Positions 50,444-60,191 of a DNA stretch of 64,000 nucleotides are shown here, piece after piece. The position numbers and the translations under genes are program-made. Position 1 is the first letter of the stretch. Every line of letters starts with the position of its first letter. The notes beneath the pieces were generated by a model, which made no database searches, had not been told where the DNA came from, and saw only the letters and a list, made by a program, of their open reading frames with translations. The stretch comes from an uncultured Clostridium sp. (GTDB lineage Bacteria; Bacillota; Clostridia; TANB77; CAG-508): assembly GCA_947651825.1 (NCBI GenBank), contig CANTAQ010000001.1, positions 483,670 to 547,669 on the forward strand, given 5' to 3'.

Positions 50444-52879
50444 TTATATAAGTTTAATTTTACCTTCTTCTACTGTTATTTTTGCTTTGTTTATTATCTT
50501 TCCTTCTATAATTTCTTCTGCTATTTTATCTTCTAATAATGCCTGTATTGCTCTTTTTAATGGTCTTGCACCATATTTTGCATCAGTTCCTTCTTTTATT
50601 ATCAGGTCTTTTGCCTTTTCATCTATTTCTACTACTATTTCTTTTTCTTCTAATCTCTTCTGTACCTGTTTTAACATTATTTCAGCAATTTTTCTTATCT
50701 CCTCATCTGTTAGTTTATGAAATACTATTATCTCATCTATACGATTAATAAATTCTGGCTTGAATTCTTTTTTTACCTCTGCCATAACCTCTTTTTTTAT
50801 GTTTTCATATTCTTTTACCTTCTCATCTTCACTTATACTAGAAAATCCTAATGTTTTCTTTTCTGTTATCTGTCTTGCACCTAAGTTTGATGTCATAATA
50901 ATTACAGTATTTTTAAAATCAACAACTCTTCCATGTGAATCAGTTAATCTCCCATCATCTAGTATCTGTAATAATATATTTAGAACATCAGGATGTGCTT
51001 TTTCTATTTCATCAAATAATATTATTGAATATGGTTTTCTTCTAACTCTTTCAGTTAGCCCACCTGCTTCGTCAAATCCCACATAGCCTGGTGGTGAACC
51101 TATTAATTTCGATGTTGAGTGTGCTTCCATATATTCAGACATGTCTACTCTTATAATTGAGTTCTCATTCCCAAATAATATCTCTGCTAAAGCTTTAGAA
51201 AGCTCTGTCTTTCCAACACCTGTTGGTCCTAAAAATAAAAATGAGCCAACTGGTTTTTTAGGATCTTTCAATCCCACTCTACTCCTTCTTATTGCTTTCG
51301 ATATTGCTACTATTGCCTCATTTTGTCCTATGACTCTTTCATGCAATTTTTCTTCTAAATTCTTTAGTTTTTCATTTTCGTCTTGAGTTATTTTATTTAA
51401 TGGAATTCCAGTCCATTTACTAATTACCTCTATAATATTTTCTTCTGTTATCTGTCTTACACTTTTGTTGTTTTTATCTAACCATTTTTGTTTTTCTTTT
51501 TCTAATTTTGCTTTTTCTTTATTTTCTTTATCTCGCAATTCTGCTGCTCTTTCAAATTCTTGCATTTGTACTAATTCTTCTTTTTCCTTAATAATTTCTT
51601 GTATTGCTCTTTCCTTTTCTTTTAAAGCAATTGGCGCTGTATATGATTTTAATTTTGCTTTAGATGCTGCTTCATCGATTACGTCTATAGCCTTGTCTGG
51701 TAAAAATCTATCATTTATATATCTACTAGCCAATTTTGTTGCTGTAATAATTGCCTCATCTGTTATCTCTACATTATGATGTGCCTCATATTTATCTCTA
51801 AGTCCTTTTATTATTTGTGTTGTATCTTCTTCGCTAGGCTCCTCTACCATTATTGTCTGAAATCTTCTTTCTAATGCGCTATCTTTTTCTATATATTTTC
51901 TATATTCATTTAATGTAGTTGCACCAATTATTTGAACTTCTCCCCTTGCCAAAAGTGGTTTTAATATATTAGCTGCATCTATTGCTCCTTCTGCCGCTCC
52001 CGCTCCTACTATTGTATGAATTTCATCTATAAATAAGATAACATCTCCGACCTTTTTTACCTCTTTTAAAGCTTTCTTTACCCTTTCTTCAAAGTCGCCT
52101 CTATATTTAGCTCCTGCAACCATTCCAGATATATCTAATGTTACTACTCTTTTATTTCTTAAATTTTCTGGAATATTTCCTGATACTATTTTCTCTGCTA
52201 GTCCTTCTACTACTGCAGTTTTCCCTACCCCGGGTTCTCCTATTAAACATGGATTATTTTTGGTTCTTCTTGATAATATCTGAATTATTCTTTCTATTTC
52301 TTCTTTTCTTCCTATTACTGGATCAATCTTTCCTTCTTCAGCTAATCTACTTAAATCATTTCCAAATTGATTCAATATTGGAGTTGAATTATAGCTACTT
52401 TTATGTCCTTTTTCTTGTCCAACATTATCATAACTTCCTACTTCATTTTCACTTATCGCATTTATTAATTCATTATATAATTTTTGAGAATTCATATTTA
52501 AGTCTATCATTATTCTTACTGCAATACTATCTCCTTCTCTCATTATGCCCACTAATAAGTGTTCTGTTCCTATATATTCTGAGTTCAGTTTTTTTGCCTC
52601 TTTAAATGAATTCTCTATAACTTTTTTCGCTCTTGGTGTTAAGCCCATACTCGTTTTGGATTGCTTTTCTCCATGTCCAATCAGTTCTTCAATTTTAGTT
52701 AAAACCATATCTGGTATGATATTTTGGTTTTCTAATACCTTACTTGCCACTCCTTTTCCTTCTTTAGTCAAACCATATAATATATGCTCTGTTCCAACGT
52801 AGTTATGTCCTAATTTTATAGCCATTTCATTGGCTATTTTTATTGCCTCTTCTGCTCTTCCTGTAAATTTATATGTCAT
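50444..52879 (-). CDS. clpC: ATP-dependent Clp protease ATPase ClpC
   Basis: Two Clp-N repeats, two AAA+ modules (GEPGVGKT, GPTGVGKT), UVR coiled coil, YGARPL; start set to MTYKF. Confidence 0.95.
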   Translation of the reverse strand: MTYKFTGRAEEAIKIANEMAIKLGHNYVGTEHILYGLTKEGKGVASKVLENQNIIPDMVLTKIEELIGHGEKQSKTSMGLTPRAKKVIENSFKEAKKLNSEYIGTEHLLVGIMREGDSIAVRIMIDLNMNSQKLYNELINAISENEVGSYDNVGQEKGHKSSYNSTPILNQFGNDLSRLAEEGKIDPVIGRKEEIERIIQILSRRTKNNPCLIGEPGVGKTAVVEGLAEKIVSGNIPENLRNKRVVTLDISGMVAGAKYRGDFEERVKKALKEVKKVGDVILFIDEIHTIVGAGAAEGAIDAANILKPLLARGEVQIIGATTLNEYRKYIEKDSALERRFQTIMVEEPSEEDTTQIIKGLRDKYEAHHNVEITDEAIITATKLASRYINDRFLPDKAIDVIDEAASKAKLKSYTAPIALKEKERAIQEIIKEKEELVQMQEFERAAELRDKENKEKAKLEKEKQKWLDKNNKSVRQITEENIIEVISKWTGIPLNKITQDENEKLKNLEEKLHERVIGQNEAIVAISKAIRRSRVGLKDPKKPVGSFLFLGPTGVGKTELSKALAEILFGNENSIIRVDMSEYMEAHSTSKLIGSPPGYVGFDEAGGLTERVRRKPYSIILFDEIEKAHPDVLNILLQILDDGRLTDSHGRVVDFKNTVIIMTSNLGARQITEKKTLGFSSISEDEKVKEYENIKKEVMAEVKKEFKPEFINRIDEIIVFHKLTDEEIRKIAEIMLKQVQKRLEEKEIVVEIDEKAKDLIIKEGTDAKYGARPLKRAIQALLEDKIAEEIIEGKIINKAKITVEEGKIKLI

Positions 52880-52921
52880 ATTCATTATCATTCCTTTCGA
52901 TATTATACACATTCTTAAGAA

Positions 52922-53836
52922 TTACTCTGTTTCTATTGTTGCACCAATAATTCCAGCATCACTCTTTAATTTTGTTGCCATTATTTGTGGAATATTATTA
53001 TTATTAAATATATCATTTTTTTGTTTTATTCTTATATTTAATCTTTCTAGCAAAATATCTTCAAAATATACGAAACTTCCACCAATTGCTATTTTTTGGG
53101 GTTCGAATATATTAATTAAGTTTGCTAATCCAATAGCCAAATCATCTACATAGTCATTTATCACATTATTCATTTTTTCTTCTGATATATGTTTATCTAT
53201 AAATTCTTTAATTTCTTTACCTGTTAAATGATTTAAGTCATATGCTTTAGTTATTCTCTCTTTGAATGCCTTCATTGATGCATACTTTTCAAAACATCCT
53301 TTTCTTCCACAGTTGCATTGAATTCCATCCTTTTGAATCACTATATGACCTATTTCAAATCCCTCATATTTCTGTGGTTTTAATAGCTTGCCTCCTAAAA
53401 ATACTGCTCCACCTATTCCTGTTCCTAAAGTTACAAATATTGCATCTTCGCATTTTTTTAGTCCTCCTCTTGATTTTTCTGCAATTGCAGCACATTTTGC
53501 ATCATTTCTCAAATATATTGGTACATTAAAAAATTTATTTATTTCTGCAACGATATTAAAATCTTTTATATGCAAATTTTCTGCTTTTATTATATGTGTA
53601 TCTGAAACAATTCCTGGAACTGCTATTCCTATTAATTCTATATCTGTTATATTTATATTTTTCTCTTCTAAACTTTGCGTTATTAAATCTATTATCGTTT
53701 CTACTAAAATTTCACTATAGTCTTCCTTTTTTTCTATATTATTTAGGTCTCTTTCTCTTTTAGCTAAGAAAGTTCCTCTTTCATTTAATAAACCCACTCC
53801 AACATGACTTCCACCAATATCTACACCTATTCTCAT
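52922..53836 (-). CDS. ROK family sugar kinase
   Basis: GVDIGGS, NDA..AA..E, GTGIGG, EIGH, CNCG..GC.E. Confidence 0.92.
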   Translation of the reverse strand: MRIGVDIGGSHVGVGLLNERGTFLAKRERDLNNIEKKEDYSEILVETIIDLITQSLEEKNINITDIELIGIAVPGIVSDTHIIKAENLHIKDFNIVAEINKFFNVPIYLRNDAKCAAIAEKSRGGLKKCEDAIFVTLGTGIGGAVFLGGKLLKPQKYEGFEIGHIVIQKDGIQCNCGRKGCFEKYASMKAFKERITKAYDLNHLTGKEIKEFIDKHISEEKMNNVINDYVDDLAIGLANLINIFEPQKIAIGGSFVYFEDILLERLNIRIKQKNDIFNNNNIPQIMATKLKSDAGIIGATIETE

Positions 53837-53888
53837 AATTATCCCATCCTTTACTATAATACTATATAGTACTTATTTCATTTATATT

Positions 53889-55337
53889 TTATTCTACTTT
53901 ATACCATGTGTCAATATTATAAAATGGATTGTACCAATTTCCGCTGAAGTCTCCTTTAAGTTTTGAATTATGAAGAATTATATATGAATCAAAAAATAAT
54001 CCCATAAATGGTATTTCTTCTTTGTATTGTTCTATTATTTTGTTGTATTCTTCTTTAAGCACATTTTTATCTTCTATATCATAAATGTCAAGTATCTTAT
54101 TCTTTGTTTCTATTTCTTGAAAATAATAATCAATTTTTGGCATTATATCTACCATTTTCTTATTTAAAAGTAAATCATAATAATTATTCTTTATAGCATC
54201 TTCAAATCTATTATAATATTTTATATTTATTTCTATATTTTTTTCATTTAATTGTTTTTTTATTTGTTCTGCTATTGCATATAGTTCTTCATCATTACTT
54301 ACTCCTAAAGTTAATTGTAGTGGAATTTCTGCATTTTCTGTATTTGTCTTTTCCATATAATTACATAAGTAACTTCCATACTCTAATGGGAAATCTGCCA
54401 CTTTGTATTTGTTATTATATATCTCATATATAATTTTTTCCCTATTTACCAAATTTTTAATCTGATTTTTAATTTCTTTTTCTAGTTTTTTATTATTAAA
54501 TGTTAAATAGTAATAATTTCTTCCTGTTATTAATTGCTCAGAAAATCCTATATTTCCAATATGCTCATCATATTCATTGTTCTGAGTTATTATAAAATCT
54601 AATTTTTCCTTTGTAAAATTACTATACATCTCTGCTACACTATCATATATCTTTATTGTTATTTTTCTTTCTTCGTTTCCTAAAATTATCTCTTTATTAT
54701 TTATTTCTTCTACTTTGTAAGGGCCTGTCCCTATGTTTTCATTATTATAAGTATTCTCTTTCACGATTGGAAAACATAATAGGTATTCAAAAAAACTAGT
54801 TTCTTCAGCTAATTTGACTTTTATAGTCTTGTCATCTATTATATCTATACTCTCTATCTTTTCTACATTTTGTTTATATATTGAATCTGTTTCTTTTATC
54901 ATATTAATTGTAAATTCCACATCTCTTGCTGTTACTATACTACCATTTTGCCACTTTACATCATCTAATTTTATTATATATTCTGTATTTCCGGTCTTTG
55001 AACATTCTTTTGCGAGTCCCGCTTCTATATTAAAATTTTGAGTTATTTCAATTAATGGTTTATATATTAATTTTGAAATATATTGTACTTCTAAACTTTT
55101 TGTTGTTATTGGATTTAGTGTATCAAATTCTGTTACTCCAATAATTATGTCTTTTTTTATCTCCACTTTTTTTACATTTCTTTCATTATCTTCTGGTTTA
55201 TTAATATTTCTTACACATATTATATATATTGCAAGTAGCACTAGTATAATTGTAACTATTATAAATATGTTTTTTATATATTTCGTTTTTTCTTCCCCTT
55301 TCATTTCTAAGTTAATAAGGACGGAGTTTCTTGACAA
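53889..55337 (-). CDS. ABC transporter substrate-binding protein (family 5), start uncertain
   Basis: TLNP, L.DVKW.NG..VTA.DV.FT, GTGPYK. Confidence 0.8.
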   Translation of the reverse strand: MSRNSVLINLEMKGEEKTKYIKNIFIIVTIILVLLAIYIICVRNINKPEDNERNVKKVEIKKDIIIGVTEFDTLNPITTKSLEVQYISKLIYKPLIEITQNFNIEAGLAKECSKTGNTEYIIKLDDVKWQNGSIVTARDVEFTINMIKETDSIYKQNVEKIESIDIIDDKTIKVKLAEETSFFEYLLCFPIVKENTYNNENIGTGPYKVEEINNKEIILGNEERKITIKIYDSVAEMYSNFTKEKLDFIITQNNEYDEHIGNIGFSEQLITGRNYYYLTFNNKKLEKEIKNQIKNLVNREKIIYEIYNNKYKVADFPLEYGSYLCNYMEKTNTENAEIPLQLTLGVSNDEELYAIAEQIKKQLNEKNIEINIKYYNRFEDAIKNNYYDLLLNKKMVDIMPKIDYYFQEIETKNKILDIYDIEDKNVLKEEYNKIIEQYKEEIPFMGLFFDSYIILHNSKLKGDFSGNWYNPFYNIDTWYKVE

Positions 55338-55398
55338 TTTCTTTTATTCAGATTTCATTGTCAAAAACCTTCGTCCTTCATAATATACTTTTATTTAT

Positions 55399-55662
55399 CT
55401 ATTTTCGAGATTCTATTATCAGTTTCATCCCGGTTCTATTTTCTCCTTCTACCTCTACTTCAGCAAATGCTGGAATACACACTAAATCTACACCTGCTGG
55501 TGCAACAAATCCTCTCGCTATTGCTACTGCTTTTACAGCTTGATTAAGTGCTCCTGCACCAATCGCCTGCATTTCTGCCTTATTACTTTCCTTTACTAAT
55601 CCTGCAATTGCTCCTGCTACTGAATTTGGGTTTGATTTTGATGAAATTTTTAAAACTTCCAT
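55399..55662 (-). CDS. spoVS: Stage V sporulation protein S
   Basis: MEVLK.SSKS.PNSVAGAIA....AIGAGALNQAVKA.AIARGF. Confidence 0.96.
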   Translation of the reverse strand: MEVLKISSKSNPNSVAGAIAGLVKESNKAEMQAIGAGALNQAVKAVAIARGFVAPAGVDLVCIPAFAEVEVEGENRTGMKLIIESRK

Positions 55663-55799
55663 TTCTTTCCTCCTATAATTTTTTTCGTAACTTTATCTTC
55701 TACTTCATTTGTTACTATATATTTATATTATACTATTTTCTTTTTGTCTATATTTTACTGGAAATTTCTGGAAATTTTCGTCGCAAATTCTGTCATATT

Positions 55800-56573
55800 C
55801 TACAATTTTATTCTTTCAATTTTCTCCATTCGACAAGTTTCATCATTAATATCTAAAATAATACCATTCATCATTACATTTTTATCTGCACTTACTTTAT
55901 ATCTTTCTGGTAAAGTAGTAACAAATCTTTTTAGTGATGCTTCTACATCCATTCCTATTACAGAACGCACTGGTCCTGTCATTCCTACATCTGTTATATA
56001 TGCTGTACCATTTTCAAGTATCTTTTCATCAGCTGTTTGAACATGTGTATGTGTTCCATATACACATGTTGCTTTTCCATCTAAAAAATAACCCATTGCA
56101 ATTTTTTCTGCTGTTGCTTCTGCATGAAAATCTACTACTATGATATCAGCTTTATCCTTTATCTTTTCTACTATCTCTTCTACTTTTGAAAATGGGTTTT
56201 CTGATAAAACCGCAATATCTACTCTTCCTATCAAATTAATAACTGCTATGTTTCTACCATTACATTTATATATCCTATACCCTTTTCCTGGTATGCCTTT
56301 TGAATAGTTTGCTGGTCTTATTAATTCCTCTTCATCTATAATACTAAAAATCTCTCTTTTTCCCCATGTATGATTTCCCATTGTCATCACATCTATATTA
56401 GACTTTTTTAAGTCTTCAAAAATTTTAATTGTAATTCCCATTCCATCTGCCGAATTTTCTGCATTTGCGATTATGAAATCTATATTTTTTTCTTTTTTAA
56501 AGTTAGGAATAACTTCTTTTATTTTATTTACTCCAGCATTTCCTATTATATCCCCAATTATTAATATTCTCAT
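55800..56573 (-). CDS. ymdB: YmdB/TIGR00282 metallophosphoesterase
   Basis: GDIIG, N.EN, TMGNH, DFHAEAT.EK, GTHTHVQTAD, TD.GMTG. Confidence 0.9.
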   Translation of the reverse strand: MRILIIGDIIGNAGVNKIKEVIPNFKKEKNIDFIIANAENSADGMGITIKIFEDLKKSNIDVMTMGNHTWGKREIFSIIDEEELIRPANYSKGIPGKGYRIYKCNGRNIAVINLIGRVDIAVLSENPFSKVEEIVEKIKDKADIIVVDFHAEATAEKIAMGYFLDGKATCVYGTHTHVQTADEKILENGTAYITDVGMTGPVRSVIGMDVEASLKRFVTTLPERYKVSADKNVMMNGIILDINDETCRMEKIERIKL

Positions 56574-56595
56574 GTTCTTCCTCTTTTCACTTAAG

Positions 56596-56634
56596 TTTAG
56601 GAGACGTAATTTGTTAAATTCGTCTCCCTCAAAC
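56596..56634 (-). terminator. Hairpin after thrS
   Basis: GGAGACG...CGTCTCC inverted repeat. Confidence 0.55.
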
Positions 56635-56635
56635 T

Positions 56636-58390
56636 TTATTTATATTCTTCTATTTCCTTTTTTATTTTTGATATAAACTCATCTACACTCATTTGTCCTA
56701 TATCTCCATCTTTTCTTGAACGTACTCCCACTGCATTTGCTTCTCTTTCTTTGTCGCCTAAAATTATCATATATGGTATTTTTTGAAGCTGTGCTTCTCT
56801 TATTTTATAACCTATTTTTTCTTCTCTTAAATCTAACTCTACTTTTAATCCCGCTTCTAAGAATTTTTCGTTTATCTCTTTTGCGTAATCATGATGATGT
56901 ACTGAAATAGGTAATATTCTAACTTGTATTGGTGACAACCATGTTGGGAATGCTCCTGCATAGTGTTCTGTGATAATTCCTATGAATCTATCAAATGATC
57001 CAAATAATGCTCTATGTACCATTATTGGTGTTTTCTTATTTCCATCTTTATCTATATATGAAAGATTAAATCTTTGTGGTAATTGGAAATCTAGTTGAAT
57101 TGTTCCCATTTGCCATTCTCTTCCTAAACAGTCTTTCATTTTGATATCTATTTTTGGTCCGTAGAAAGCTCCGTCTCCTTCATTTATTTGATATTGTCCT
57201 TCTCCACATAGTTCATCTAATACTTCTCTTAATGCAGCTTCTGCTTTGTCCCATGTTTCAATATCTCCTAAATAATCACTTTCTGGTCTTGTTGATAATG
57301 TTAATTTGTATTCTAGTCCAAATATTGAATATAGGTATTTTATTATTTCTACTATATCTTTTATTTCACTGCCTATTTGTTCATCTGTTATATAGTTATG
57401 TGAGTCATCTTGTCTAAACATTCTTACTCTGAATAGTCCATTCAATTGTCCTGATTTTTCATTTCTATGTATAACATCAATATCATTAAATCTTAATGGT
57501 AAATCTTTGTAACTTCTTAATTTTGTTTGATATATTTTTATTGAATTTGGGCAATTCATTGGTTTTAATGCTTGTTCATTTCCATCTATATCTGTCAATA
57601 CAAACATATCATCTTTATAATGATCCCAATGTCCTGATGTTTTCCATAAACTACTACTGTTTAATTGTGGTCCTGAAAATTCTTGGTATCCTCTTTTTTG
57701 ATGTTCTTTTCTCCAAAATTCAATTAATGTATTCATTAATGTAAATCCTTTTGGCATCCAGTATGCCATTCCTGGTGCTGTTTCATCAAAGAAAAATAGT
57801 TCTAATTCTTTTCCCAATTTTCTATGGTCTCTTTTCTTAGCTTCTTCTATCATATATAAATATTCTTCTAATTGACTTGCTTTTGGGAATGAAATTCCAT
57901 AAATTCTTTGAAGCATTTTATTTTTTTCATTTCCTCTCCAATAGGCTCCTGATGATGTTAATAATTTTATTGCCTTTACTTTACCTGTACTTGGTAAATG
58001 TGGTCCTGCACAAAGGTCTGTAAATTCGCCTTGTTTATAGAAAGATATTTCTTCATCTTCTGGTAAATCATTTATTAATTCTTGTTTATATGGTTCATCT
58101 TTCATAAGTTCTAGAGCTTCTTTTCTTGGTAATACAAATCTTTCTAGTGGATAATCTTCTTTTATTATTTTTTTCATTTCCTCTTCTATTGCTTCAAGCA
58201 TTTCTGGTGTAAATGGTTTGTCTGTATCAAAGTCATAATAAAAACCATTATCTATTGATGGACCTATTGCTAATTTTATTTCTGGGTATAGTCTTTTTAT
58301 TGCTTGTGCCATTATATGTGAACTTGTGTGCCAGTATGTTTTTTCTGGTACCTCCATTGTTCTTCCGCCTTCTAATTTTATTTTAAACAT
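56636..58390 (-). CDS. thrS: Threonine--tRNA ligase (short N-terminus)
   Basis: H.SSH, GFYYDF, DLCAGPH, RDHRKLG, KPMNCP, GAFYGPKID. Confidence 0.97.
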   Translation of the reverse strand: MFKIKLEGGRTMEVPEKTYWHTSSHIMAQAIKRLYPEIKLAIGPSIDNGFYYDFDTDKPFTPEMLEAIEEEMKKIIKEDYPLERFVLPRKEALELMKDEPYKQELINDLPEDEEISFYKQGEFTDLCAGPHLPSTGKVKAIKLLTSSGAYWRGNEKNKMLQRIYGISFPKASQLEEYLYMIEEAKKRDHRKLGKELELFFFDETAPGMAYWMPKGFTLMNTLIEFWRKEHQKRGYQEFSGPQLNSSSLWKTSGHWDHYKDDMFVLTDIDGNEQALKPMNCPNSIKIYQTKLRSYKDLPLRFNDIDVIHRNEKSGQLNGLFRVRMFRQDDSHNYITDEQIGSEIKDIVEIIKYLYSIFGLEYKLTLSTRPESDYLGDIETWDKAEAALREVLDELCGEGQYQINEGDGAFYGPKIDIKMKDCLGREWQMGTIQLDFQLPQRFNLSYIDKDGNKKTPIMVHRALFGSFDRFIGIITEHYAGAFPTWLSPIQVRILPISVHHHDYAKEINEKFLEAGLKVELDLREEKIGYKIREAQLQKIPYMIILGDKEREANAVGVRSRKDGDIGQMSVDEFISKIKKEIEEYK

Positions 58391-58427
58391 ATATATTCCT
58401 CCTCATAGTTACTCTTTATATAAATCC

Positions 58428-58541
58428 GCCAAATCTCGTCGGAGATTTAATATTTCTTTTTTTATTGAACCCACGTCTGATACGCTAATACTGCTCGCTC
58501 GGGTCTTCAAACAAAAGAAATATTAAACTCCTTCGTTTGGC
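58428..58541. repeat. ~114-nt rod-like inverted repeat upstream of thrS
   Basis: GCCAAA/TTTGGC, GGAG/CTCC, TTTAATATTTCTTTT/AAAAGAAATATTAAA, TTGAA/TTCAA and ACCC/GGGT nested. Confidence 0.7.
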
Positions 58542-58565
58542 TACTCTACAATACTTTTAATGCTA

Positions 58566-59169
58566 TTACTTATTATAAATTTCTGGTGACACTATTTTAG
58601 TAAGTGCCATTATTACTGCGTATTCTTCTAATTCGTCTCTGTATACTCGTCCGTTTGTTAGTACTCCTATTGCTCCTTTTCTTCCTTTCGCTGTACTTCC
58701 GAATACGTCATGCATATATCCTAGTTCTTCTCCTTCTAGTACTCTTTCTACTACTGTTTTAGGATATTCAAATGATGGACTAAATCCTATATAAAATCTC
58801 TTTCCATCATATATTGCACATATACTGCAATCCATATACCCTGTCTCTACTTCTGAAACTGGATACATTCCTGCTTCTATTCCAACTGCGAAACTACATG
58901 TGCCGACATCTCTCCTCGGCATATTCAAATGCATTTTTTGCTCTATTTTTAGCTCCTGTTATTGTTTCTTCTAAGCTTAATGGATTGCAAGAAACACCTG
59001 AAAAATTATCTTTATCTTGCCCTGATTTTTCATCGTTTCTAATTTCTTTTGGCATTATTATATATTCAATTTTATCTTCTTTTTCTAACCAAAGTTCTGG
59101 ATATTTTGAGAATGCTCTTGTTATTGCTGTAACTTTTGGTATACTCCTTGTTCCTATTGAAATTAGCAT
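58566..59169 (-). CDS. yjjX: Inosine/xanthosine triphosphatase (YjjX/DUF84-like), split by a +1 frameshift near 58903-58905 (~200 aa when joined)
   Basis: N-half 'GT...PKV.A', 'SGVS..P....ET..GA.NRA'; C-half 'GIEAG', 'G.S..F..P', 'GAIG.LT.G...R' in the +1 frame. Confidence 0.8.
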
Positions 59170-59251
59170 GTTTATCTCCTTTTTCTTCCATATTTAATTA
59201 TACTACAAAATCAATTAAAGTCAAGGGTAAATCACTCAACATTAAGAGTAG

Positions 59252-59287
59252 AAAAGCACTTATCTTTCATATTAGATAAGTGCTTTT
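59252..59287 (-). terminator. Terminator after rsmA
   Basis: AAAAGCACTTATCT...AGATAAGTGCTTTT. Confidence 0.75.
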
Positions 59288-59292
59288 ATTTT

Positions 59293-60138
59293 TTATTTAT
59301 TAATTTCTTCTGATAATTCGGCATACTGCTCTAGTGTTAATTTTTCTGGTCTTATTTTTAAATCTAATCCCATTTTTTCTATTACTTTTTCCACTGTTTC
59401 TTTACTTCCATATTTGTTGCTATTTGTTAATGCATTTACTAATGTTTTTCTTTTTTGCATAAAAGCTATTTTTATTAGTTCAAATAGCTTTTCTTCATTC
59501 AATACTTTTACTGTTGGTTCTTTTTGTACATCTAATTGTATCACTGTTGAATTTACTTTTGGCTCTGGTATAAAAGCTGTGTTTGGAACTTGCAATACTA
59601 TTTTTGGCTTTGTGTAATAGTTTATAGCATATGTTATTGCTCCTGACTCTCCCTTTCCTGGTTCTGCTACTAATCTTTCTGCTACCTCTTTTTGTATCAT
59701 TACTGTTATTGCTTCTATATCTAATCTTTCTTCTAACAGTTTCATTATTATTGGTGTTGTAATGTAATATGGCAAATTAGCAACTATTTTTGTAGTTTTA
59801 AAGTTCTCTTTGTTTATTAGTTCTTGCAAATTCACTTTTAAAACATCTTCATTTATTAATTCGAAATTATTATATAATGAAAATCTATCGTTTAGTATTG
59901 TTATCATTCTTTCATCAAGTTCTATACATATTACTTTTCCTGCTCTTTCTAGTAATTCTTTTGTTATTGTCCCTAATCCTGGTCCTATTTCTATTACTAA
60001 ATCTTCTTTACTAATATTTGCCGCCTCTATTATTCCAGAAACTGTGTCATCATCTACTAAAAAATTTTGTCCTAAATTTTTATTTGCATGTATATGATAT
60101 TTATCTAATATAAATTTTGTTTCTTTTAAAACACTCAC
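59293..60138 (-). CDS. rsmA: 16S rRNA dimethyladenosine transferase (KsgA)
   Basis: LGQNFL, EIGPG.G, ANLPYYITTPI, Q.EVA.R, F.P.PKV.S. Confidence 0.96.
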   Translation of the reverse strand: MSVLKETKFILDKYHIHANKNLGQNFLVDDDTVSGIIEAANISKEDLVIEIGPGLGTITKELLERAGKVICIELDERMITILNDRFSLYNNFELINEDVLKVNLQELINKENFKTTKIVANLPYYITTPIIMKLLEERLDIEAITVMIQKEVAERLVAEPGKGESGAITYAINYYTKPKIVLQVPNTAFIPEPKVNSTVIQLDVQKEPTVKVLNEEKLFELIKIAFMQKRKTLVNALTNSNKYGSKETVEKVIEKMGLDLKIRPEKLTLEQYAELSEEINK

Positions 60139-60191
60139 TCTATATCCTCTTTCTTAAATATACAAGCAGACAATTTTTATGTCTGCTTATA

